64,000 nucleotides of DNA from contig CAYJVR010000005.1 of assembly GCA_964373715.1 (NCBI GenBank), positions 46,805 through 110,804 of the forward strand, in the 5' to 3' direction. The notes beneath the pieces are model-generated. The model was given only the letters and a program-made list of their open reading frames with translations. It had not been told where the DNA came from and searched no databases. Below, piece by piece: positions 11,901-18,089 of this stretch. Origin of the DNA: an uncultured Planctomycetia bacterium. Its GTDB lineage: Bacteria; Omnitrophota; Gorgyraeia; 1-14-0-20-64-10. Within the stretch, counting starts at the first letter, position 1; each line of letters begins with the position of its first letter. The translations under genes were made by a program, and so were the position numbers.

Positions 11901-14900
11901 CACATGGTCCACCACTTCCCACAGATTTTGAACATAGGCCTTTCGCTCCGCATCCAGCTTCGGATCGCCGCGAAACTGGCTCATCTGAACGCCCAACAAG
12001 GAAAGAGAATATAGGACAGACTCAAAACCCTTTGTTGTTGCCACGGAAGACTCCGGACCGGACTTCACATCAATCACCCCGGCGCTTTCTTTCGAAAGCC
12101 GGCCCATATCCGACCCGGTCTTGCCGGTGACGGACATCATCGACACCCCTTCACTGGAAAACCGGTTGAAAAGTTTGACCGTGGAGGCGGTGCTCCCGGA
12201 CCAGCTCATTCCGACTGCCAAATCAGTCTTCGGATTGAGCTTGATCCCCCGGTTCTGAATATCGACCGGGTCGTAGACAAGTATCTCCACGCCCGGTAAA
12301 AGCTCCCGGAACAACTGCTCGGCCACCATGGCATCCCGCCAGGAGCTTCCCACACCGATCAAGAAGATCCTTCTTAAGTTCTCTAATTTCTGCCCAAAAC
12401 GGTCTCTCAAATAACCCGCGTTCAACGTCGGGATGTTGACCGAAACCGGCTGGCCCTGCTGATTGAAAGCCATGTACGAAACGGCTTGATCCAGAAGGAT
12501 CTTCGGAATCTCATCTATGTGCATCTCCATAAAGGTCCGATAGATTCCCTTGACCCCAAGTTCTGGAGAAACTGTCTCTTCTACCTTCTTCGCCTCCTTC
12601 GTCAATTCCTTTTCGGTCAGCGGAGAGCCGTCGAGGTGGGTGACGTCCACATTCAGGCGGGCAGCGCCCTGCTCATCCAGCCGCCGGGTCACCCGGGCAA
12701 ATTTGTTCAGCTCTTTAAGATGGTAAACATCCACCTTGTATTGTTTTCGGATCGGATCCGCCCTCTGCTCATATTCCCGCAGCGCATGGGTGACCTCCTG
12801 GGCATACTGCTGCGCATTGATCCCTCCTTGGCTGGGAGGTAACTGGCGAAGCTCCCGCAAATGCTCCAGGGTTTTCAACAACTGCTGCTGCATCTCGGAC
12901 AGTTTCCTCGCCGCCTCAGCCACCTCCGGCGCAGGGAAAAGGGCTATCCCGGCCGCATAGTCCGACGTCACAAGAATCCGTTCACCGACCATCACGATAT
13001 CGACCGGCCGGTCATGGCTGACCACGTAAGTCATCAAGGGGCTGTGTAAACTTGTCGCATTCACCCCAAGCTCTGAACCGTCCTCCATCTCCAGGGTTGC
13101 TACACGGAAAGCCACTTCATCCGGATTGATCTCGCGTCGGCCCTGAGCGCGCAAATTCTCCACCACTCTGTTCCAGACCTGGGCCCTGTTGAACTCGTTG
13201 CGGTCCTGGTTTAACTGGCCAAGGAGATTGAGTTTCACCATCAGGCCATCCGCTTCTACCCGGCCGGCCGCCTTATCCATCTCAAACTGCTTCGCCACAT
13301 AGTCCCAATGGACCACAATCGTCCGGGTGTCCGTGACAATGCTGTAGCGGGCTTTTGTCCCAGTCGGTGTTGTCTCCTCTGCCCAGTAATACCCCTCGAA
13401 ATCTTTGAAATACTGCGCTTCCGGTCCCGACTGCTGGAACGCTTCCATATGTTCCTTCCTCAAGGCGCTGTTGATCGTCCCCTTGACCTGGCCGTTGTGG
13501 ACAACGACCCTGCTCTTCGTGTTGTGGGGATGTGCATTCCATCGGCTCGGGTCGCCGGTCATCGCCCAACGGCCGTGCCCGACCACCATCTCTCCCAGGA
13601 GCCGTACCGTGAACTCGGTGACCGCCCCAAGGCTGTAACCCCGGCGATAAGTCCCCCGCTGCGGCTGGGTGGGATTGGAAACCCCTGTATCCACCTGCTG
13701 CTGACGGATCTGGAGAATCCTCTGGTAGACCTTATCCGGCAGGAGGGGAGCCTGGATCACTTGACCGTTCTCGACGATATCCACCTTCTGGGTATGGGCC
13801 CAGTCATGAAACCAGTCGACCAAAGCGGCAAAGGCATGCCCGGGCATATTCAGGTTCCGTTCACGCTTCCAGAAGTCAAACCAATTCTTCCCGCGACCCG
13901 GTACCCGCTCTTCAAACCGCCGCTTCACCTCGGACAACCACTCCGGATGAGCCTGAAACAGGCCGATCAAGCCCCCCTGCATTCGGAAAACATGGCGGGT
14001 CGGATCCACATTGTAATCGGGTGGAACCACAAGCCAGCGGCCCACAAGAAAGTCCATCACCTCATCCCATCGTTCATGCTCCTTTGGCGTCAGCTGCCCG
14101 GAGAGCGCCCGACTGGAGAGGAGGTCATAAACTCGCATGATCTCCTGTGTCTTACCGGGAATCAAACCTTTAGCTTCCTGGAGAGCGTGGGAGAGTTCTG
14201 CCCGGAGAAACAACTGGACAAATTCGGGTGTCAAATCAAACAGACGGCCGATTTCCCGAACAAGATCCGGAAGGTCGTTATGCCGAATCAAGACCTGATC
14301 GCCGGCCCAGACACCGCCGACTCGCCCGACTTGAACGCTGGCTCGTCCTTCAAAAAGATCTCCGAGTGTCGTCCTTGTCAGATCGTAAAGAGGCCAGCGG
14401 CCTGTTCCAATTTGTTCTGAAGTGGGCACGAATTCCATCAGCCCCTCTTCACTCAAAAGCTTAAAACCTTGTAGACGCGCCTCGTGAACCGCCGAAGGCA
14501 GTAGCCACTCTCTTTCTCGGCGCCGCGCTTCTGACCAAGCCCCGGCTGCCTCCTGCCGGTACTGTTCCTTCTGCTGGGGAGAAATCCCTTGTTGACGCGA
14601 ACGGGCCCAGACCAGGCGGCCTCTGTTGATGCTCTCCTGTATTTGCTGTAGCAGATCATGCTGTGGTTGATAGGGGTTTCCTGACATCGTCTTATCGGCA
14701 TGGGGAAATGTCTCTGGGTAGATCGGATAATTGTAAAGATACTGAATCAGAGTACCCGGCTCACCATCTCCCTGCCCCTGGATGTCCATGCCCGCCTTCA
14801 CCACGCGCGGTCCCTCCTCCGTCCACACCAACAAACCGGTGTTGTCCGGAGCCCGGTACTTGAGGCGCAATACCGCGTCCAGAATTGCGCGAATCCCTCC

Positions 14901-16019
14901 ATACTGGCCGAAAACGGAGTTGACGCCGCAGCATCCGACGATCTGTTCCAACGCCTCGGCATCGGCCAAACGGGCCCGGCCCGGAAGGATCTTCGCCAAC
15001 GCCGAATCGTTCAGCGAGGTCCACACCAGCGCGGTCTGGACCGGCTGATTGCTCCGGACAAACTCGCTGATGCTGAACGTCCTGTTGTCCTCTCCGACAA
15101 AAGAGATTTCCGTAGGGGTCGCGTTGACGGAAAAAACACGATCCCGGTCAAGAAGGGAGATCCGCCCGGTGCCGTCAATCGCCAGCGTGACAAAGTGAGG
15201 ATGCGCTTCGTTATCAATGTTCCGCTCCACAGCCACGGTCACCGCCTGCACCTTCCCCTGGTTCTGCCGGATCAGATCAATCGCCTGACGGAAGACAGCC
15301 GCCCCGGTGTCGCTGAAAACAACTCCCTGAGAAGCGCCGCCTCGCGCCGCTCCCATCGAAGCGATCTCATTCAAGTCTAATTGCGCCGATCCGTCCGGAC
15401 CGAGCGGCCGGACCGAGCCGGTGTGAACCGCGTGGCGGGCCGCCATGTACGATTGATCAAAAACCAACCCCGCCGGATCCATCGCAAGAGATGATCCCTG
15501 GTGGTTCCGGGTCACGTACGCGGCGCAGGAAACGCATTGCGGATCCCCCATATCGGCGCCGGCAACGGCCTGCTGAACCGCCGGGTTACCCGGCGCTAAA
15601 AGGGCCGCCATGATCTGGTCCCACATCTTGGTGTTCGAGACCTCTTTGCCGTATTTTGAAAAAAGCAATTCCAACCGGCGGACCGCCTCCGCCTCATTAT
15701 CCAAAGGAGACTGAGGATTCCAGCCGGGCATGGTTTCAGACCAGATCGGATCGGCCGAAAAACGGCCGACAACATTCTTCAAGCTGCCAGTTCCGGTAAA
15801 GGGAGCGGCTATCGTCCGTAACGCCTCTTCCAACCCGGCCAAAACACCGGGGGCTTCCGAAGTCTGGCCGGGGCGCAACGCCCACACCGGGGCAACCTGC
15901 GTCAGAACAACGGACAGCATGGTGACGAAAGCAAACGATTGACGATAACCGGAAAACTTATGAGACCGCATCGATTTAATTCTCCCTATTAAATGATTTA
16001 ACTTCTCGTTTGGACTCAT
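5943..16019 (-). CDS. Giant (3358 aa) multidomain protein. It carries a papain-like Cys/His candidate region near the N-terminus, a GlmS-like glutamine amidotransferase (type 2) module, tandem SIS domains, a third SIS-like domain, an ACT domain and a C-terminal beta-helix module I identify from memory as DUF4954-like
   Basis: ORF-track ORF. N-terminus has a signal-like segment (MRSHKFSGYRQSFAFVTMLSVVLTQVAPVWA). Class II GATase matches: GCCGVNSVFGQYGGIRAILDAVLRLKYRAPDNTGLLVW (about 14900-14930) and HGRWAMTGDPSRWNAHPH / VVVHNGQVKG (about 13480-13590). SIS motifs: WSGSTASTVKLF / VATTKGFESVLYSL (about 12050-12450), VLVIGSRNNPIYIEGELKAEEIAWLV (about 11700-11800) and VHIIGGGQAYEAAKELARVLSMLGIFAEA (about 9980-10060). 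ACT-like segment: AIATWDRSGLLRDIGTVVSNAGLSIEDIV (about 9140-9260). Nucleotides about 6600-8560 encode hexapeptide-repeat sequence that aligns end to end with the stand-alone 663-aa protein at 34525..36516 (GAIVESSVIQWGSSVES ... GFHHQALLIAA ... GYGANVGSNHTGKEPDQEI ... VKRNEGKY). Confidence 0.85.
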   Translation of the reverse strand: MSPNEKLNHLIGRIKSMRSHKFSGYRQSFAFVTMLSVVLTQVAPVWALRPGQTSEAPGVLAGLEEALRTIAAPFTGTGSLKNVVGRFSADPIWSETMPGWNPQSPLDNEAEAVRRLELLFSKYGKEVSNTKMWDQIMAALLAPGNPAVQQAVAGADMGDPQCVSCAAYVTRNHQGSSLAMDPAGLVFDQSYMAARHAVHTGSVRPLGPDGSAQLDLNEIASMGAARGGASQGVVFSDTGAAVFRQAIDLIRQNQGKVQAVTVAVERNIDNEAHPHFVTLAIDGTGRISLLDRDRVFSVNATPTEISFVGEDNRTFSISEFVRSNQPVQTALVWTSLNDSALAKILPGRARLADAEALEQIVGCCGVNSVFGQYGGIRAILDAVLRLKYRAPDNTGLLVWTEEGPRVVKAGMDIQGQGDGEPGTLIQYLYNYPIYPETFPHADKTMSGNPYQPQHDLLQQIQESINRGRLVWARSRQQGISPQQKEQYRQEAAGAWSEARRREREWLLPSAVHEARLQGFKLLSEEGLMEFVPTSEQIGTGRWPLYDLTRTTLGDLFEGRASVQVGRVGGVWAGDQVLIRHNDLPDLVREIGRLFDLTPEFVQLFLRAELSHALQEAKGLIPGKTQEIMRVYDLLSSRALSGQLTPKEHERWDEVMDFLVGRWLVVPPDYNVDPTRHVFRMQGGLIGLFQAHPEWLSEVKRRFEERVPGRGKNWFDFWKRERNLNMPGHAFAALVDWFHDWAHTQKVDIVENGQVIQAPLLPDKVYQRILQIRQQQVDTGVSNPTQPQRGTYRRGYSLGAVTEFTVRLLGEMVVGHGRWAMTGDPSRWNAHPHNTKSRVVVHNGQVKGTINSALRKEHMEAFQQSGPEAQYFKDFEGYYWAEETTPTGTKARYSIVTDTRTIVVHWDYVAKQFEMDKAAGRVEADGLMVKLNLLGQLNQDRNEFNRAQVWNRVVENLRAQGRREINPDEVAFRVATLEMEDGSELGVNATSLHSPLMTYVVSHDRPVDIVMVGERILVTSDYAAGIALFPAPEVAEAARKLSEMQQQLLKTLEHLRELRQLPPSQGGINAQQYAQEVTHALREYEQRADPIRKQYKVDVYHLKELNKFARVTRRLDEQGAARLNVDVTHLDGSPLTEKELTKEAKKVEETVSPELGVKGIYRTFMEMHIDEIPKILLDQAVSYMAFNQQGQPVSVNIPTLNAGYLRDRFGQKLENLRRIFLIGVGSSWRDAMVAEQLFRELLPGVEILVYDPVDIQNRGIKLNPKTDLAVGMSWSGSTASTVKLFNRFSSEGVSMMSVTGKTGSDMGRLSKESAGVIDVKSGPESSVATTKGFESVLYSLSLLGVQMSQFRGDPKLDAERKAYVQNLWEVVDHVYGLIVEPGKEDRNRVLDTREDVESLVNRVARAWKDRQKVLVIGSRNNPIYIEGELKAEEIAWLVGKAADIGDESWRNLLLRTADPKVPEAERVATIFNMTDPGRLDEFIRAIDEVTQAGIQVVVQTFAEDNRHLARLIQLQEQGKIDLVIVPRVRLTLQGLVDAPLYFRFSLALARAHGITDSQIDNSRNLAKSVVVSGARSREELIQASAARYVTTQEQAGQVEGSQASFRNYQRGLARAWPALQTPRQQSISRLPLLLNMALERWTGPEGVLVHPEDKTRAGQLLQRFSKAAGAPEPRARVVIVTDEEATQYAAGAAVGPFGWTEPVVSGVRSELYTKGVRVRIGGWYYRASYNSAEKRYTIRYAPDLNPYAQGKEPETKEVSVTQAVQTVSFNGREYIVDPSSFLPDPKEPEKLLSGLQLKATQPELLLSGIENIKVFRSTDRGIEDLVDEGTVVFLISRGRNRGPANAQLPQVAFPFKLRTGAEVPRQQDERSEERMISLAQRLRDRGVPLVTISDDVSGLRDSKFNPTRVAHLSLEADVDDVSVYPLTYLALLTVGARMGELLGRNTADFQNSLRTVPAMVAEVLADRVSAKRLEDLLRKLSQYRKVHIIGGGQAYEAAKELARVLSMLGIFAEAQLNDSAWHGPLAAVDPNKKKYSENTDDPAYRLKYGVNPKYPLDNDTLVLFVMTDSDFADSTNTDAQVYDSRNGRFLLVTLNDNVQKPGPGQTNLIRRSIIEAGPVKLAPITEEQVNNPELQDPEGIFAVPNATDALGNFNVAAFGAILAERFGHFRDEALEEGPQEPVSTFRPGPGPAIPPTGLIQVPADFLGERLRGAAFRQLPEGALGDLFEMGLGVFETNQPQVRMYPDSRNPQHAVIAIATWDRSGLLRDIGTVVSNAGLSIEDIVSDNYPQEPIEGRMRVAYELLDMRESVQRLQELGVADAIRTALAVPPVEAGVHTQFGSRLSDEEVEGIIEAYQGYSVLQSVPGQARVQTVVTEFPGDPQRSKMYVVADVRPAPGQLVQDVLTALQMEGTVGFAEAFQLNNQAPRVVLAVADVNTPMATLHQKGLDQEIKDRFQAGLEEKYDVVKAIKEAIAGSPFLQAVQQVVSGQWQSAVPPVQLSAAQISQMESQGNSAEDWSRVRVVPSTDLTKIRDNRFFGDVEIWSIGTGTAEVKPGVNLPLGIYDSTVINSRIGSNPLIYGNSVVSNQVVKENVIIVNGDVTASGKPTSFGLGTKIAVGPETVGVKGAGRIIRPFADMLLDAAARLATSGVNEGLLAKYNGVEPAQIPAADRDAVVRSREHQALQADYNAAHAQYVAAAASPVGIVEKGARIVNSRDVSNVYVGEGAQIIGAAAVRDTTILSSNTEQTKITDGAIVESSVIQWGSSVESAAQVRESVLLEHSHAERGGFVTGSVLGPNTGVAEGEVTAALVGPFVGFHHQALLIAAVWPEGKGNIGYGANVGSNHTGKEPDQEILPGEGTFFGLSVDIKYPSNFSGSPYLLIATSVKTLPQTVAFPFALINTPGETLPGLAPAFNEIVPAWVLMDNLFAVKRNEGKYISRNKATRHQFDFRVFRQDTVDLMKDARARLQAVQGKPAPVSGYYLDTPQTWTPEGENQQPVTAPGIPGLGKNYMKTDADAVQLAIDAYSRFILHYALRGVYDRVDALAKAGQLAQVANLLTQASPDPAWEHQRQTLAQERPGITLRDALAEFVKLEEQAAKDIESSKAKDDFRGRKIIPDYAEIHPPAEQNAFVQDTWANFRGAPAQGGKPAIEGIQPRVIGPNGLVPQLQQAGLESITVLVPTEIFTPVLSTVAARTNISGSNVPTGLELMLERVSLPSADTASLSVGVMAGTLDGVKGLAIGAALSRVKTTDGQLLPVAFVVDTVQEKAKLIEMGFSENSIFRIGDTAANTPNRDSAIAAADFYLKQVYGVGQVEDVGVNRSVSGTLEQILLALFRIQLLPESLALWESFVDRATLALQA

Positions 16020-16056
16020 TTTTAAATGAATGCTTTTTTAGTGAATGACCCGACGG

Positions 16057-17877
16057 CTAATTCTTTGAAGGTGTGCCGACATCAACCCCGGCCGCCTCGA
16101 TGAAAGCCACTGGCCGCATTTCGCCCGCCACAGACCCCTTGGACTGGCGGTCTTCTTTATTCTCAGCCCGCAGATCCGGCCCGGGCACTGCCGGGATGCC
16201 GAGCTTCTTCCGGTACGGCTCCGACATAGGAACGTAGGTTTCCTTGAGGACACGGTGGTACTTTTCCGTATCCTCCGCGGTCACCTTTCCCACCTTGGGG
16301 GCGATGACAGCGTAGGAAACTTTCTTGTCCTTGAAGATCCTTTCGAAAACGGGGGTATGGAAACCACCGGCGATCAGGACCGCCACCGGCACCTTGAATT
16401 CCTGTATCCGGGCAAGCGCGTTCTCCACCATGGCTATATCCCGTTTCCGGGCCACTTCATAGAAAGAGCCCATCGCCGGTCTGGCGGCGGAGAGCGGCCC
16501 CGGGATAAGCGTGAAGGTAAAAGGAGGGTTCTGCTTCTCGCCCAAAGAGCGGAGGGTGTCGGCCCACTTGTCCGGCTTGAACTCATCCTTGTGGCTCGCG
16601 TAATAATCGTAGGTCTCGGGCGTCAGCTTAAGCTCCAAAAGGTCGGCCAAAACTCCCACATCTTTCGCCGTAAGGGCCAGAGATTTCTGTTCTTTCGTCT
16701 TGAAATAAGCCCCCTTGACCCGGTCGCTGAGTTTCTCCACCTCGTTGAAGAGAGACGCGTGGTCTATCTCTTCGAAAACGCCGAGATAAGCGATGTACTT
16801 CATTAAAACAGGATACTCAGCCGCTTGTTCAGGCTTCACGTAAACCTTCAAATAGCCGTAAAAGGTGGACGGGCTGATCAACCCCTGTTTGAGCTCTAAA
16901 CTCTGTTTGAGCAGACGATCCGCCTCCGCCTGTGAAAGATTTTTGGACAGCGCGTCGAGAAACTTCACCCGCTCCGTTTCAATCTTTTTAAAATCCAGCT
17001 CCCCTTCCAGCTTGGTGGCGGTAAGAAACCTTTGCAGGTTCGGAAACTCCTCCTGCTTCATCTCCACCTTAAGCGTGCCGGCCTCCTCCGCGAGCATCTC
17101 ATAATGTTTCGAGAGAGGAACCCGGCCGGCCTGGACTTCCAGTTCCCTGTTCTCGAGGTCCTTCACCTCTTTCGGATAAAGCTTTTCCTTCAAGAGGGCC
17201 ACCGCCTGCTGGAACCCCTTGATCGCCTGCCGGGCATTGCCTTGCACCTTCTCGACCGTAAAGAAGGCCTCCATGTTCTGGTCGTAAAGCTCCGGTTTCT
17301 CAACACCGTAAACGGTGAACGGATAATCGGTGGTCAGGTCCAGATAGTTCTCGCCGGAAATCTTGCCGCTCTTTAAAAACTCCTCCGCTACCTGTTTCCG
17401 TTTCTCAAGCGGGGCATAGGCCCGCATATAGGACAAGGAGTCGTTTCGGGAACCTCCCTCCACGAGGATCAGCGCAAGGCCGTGGATGGCGACCAGGTGC
17501 TCCAGCATGCCGGCCAGGTTCTTCTGCGCCTCATAATTGGCGTGAGCATCCTGAATGTGGATAATCAAAGGTTCCCGGGCGCTGTAGGTCTCCTTGATGC
17601 TTCCGTACTGGACAGGAATCCGCAGGGTATCCAACGTCAGGGGGATCTGTTCCTTGGGAGCCTGAATCGGCGCTTGAACGGTGATCTGCGAAGCGGCGGA
17701 GGGATCCTCGATCTTGCCGTGCTGTTCCCAAAAGGTTTTCTTAGGAGAAGAGTCTTCAGCGGCGAAAGAAGTTCCGTCCAGAGGCAAGCCGGCGCAGAGG
17801 GTTATCCCTAAGACAAAGGCGGGAATTCGTTTCCCCCACTCCATTCGGGGATTGATGGATTGGGCTGATTTAGTCAT
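16057..17877 (-). CDS. Secreted hypothetical protein (606 aa). First gene of the operon that continues into the two giant ORFs; the true start is probably the internal Met at 17844 (MEWGKRIPAFVLGITLCAGLPL, signal peptide)
   Basis: Long ORF with a signal-peptide-like N-terminus. Same strand as the giant gene, with only a 37-nt gap. I recognise no family. Slightly more AT-rich than its surroundings. Confidence 0.7.
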   Translation of the reverse strand: MTKSAQSINPRMEWGKRIPAFVLGITLCAGLPLDGTSFAAEDSSPKKTFWEQHGKIEDPSAASQITVQAPIQAPKEQIPLTLDTLRIPVQYGSIKETYSAREPLIIHIQDAHANYEAQKNLAGMLEHLVAIHGLALILVEGGSRNDSLSYMRAYAPLEKRKQVAEEFLKSGKISGENYLDLTTDYPFTVYGVEKPELYDQNMEAFFTVEKVQGNARQAIKGFQQAVALLKEKLYPKEVKDLENRELEVQAGRVPLSKHYEMLAEEAGTLKVEMKQEEFPNLQRFLTATKLEGELDFKKIETERVKFLDALSKNLSQAEADRLLKQSLELKQGLISPSTFYGYLKVYVKPEQAAEYPVLMKYIAYLGVFEEIDHASLFNEVEKLSDRVKGAYFKTKEQKSLALTAKDVGVLADLLELKLTPETYDYYASHKDEFKPDKWADTLRSLGEKQNPPFTFTLIPGPLSAARPAMGSFYEVARKRDIAMVENALARIQEFKVPVAVLIAGGFHTPVFERIFKDKKVSYAVIAPKVGKVTAEDTEKYHRVLKETYVPMSEPYRKKLGIPAVPGPDLRAENKEDRQSKGSVAGEMRPVAFIEAAGVDVGTPSKN

Positions 17878-17887
17878 CGTACATAGA

Positions 17888-17917
17888 AGTATACGGTGTA
17901 GCCTTTAAAAAAGTCAA
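17888..17917 (-). promoter_or_regulatory. Candidate sigma70-like promoter on the minus strand in a 212-bp AT-rich island: -35 TTGACT (17912-17917), 18-nt spacer, -10 TATACT (17888-17893), reading into the 606-aa gene and giant-ORF operon
   Basis: The intergenic region 17878-18089 is strikingly AT-rich compared with the rest of the window. The hexamers were read from the reverse complement. Confidence 0.35.
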
Positions 17918-18089
17918 GGTATAGAATTAAATTTACTACCTATTAATACATCAATGTAACCCATTTAATTACAATATCTTATGACAGACAACCTGGAATT
18001 AACAAGGGGAATCCGCAGAAAGAGAAATATAAACCGAGCAACAAGGGCATTATTGGGAAGGACCCTCTTTAAAAACAGCGGGCAGATCT

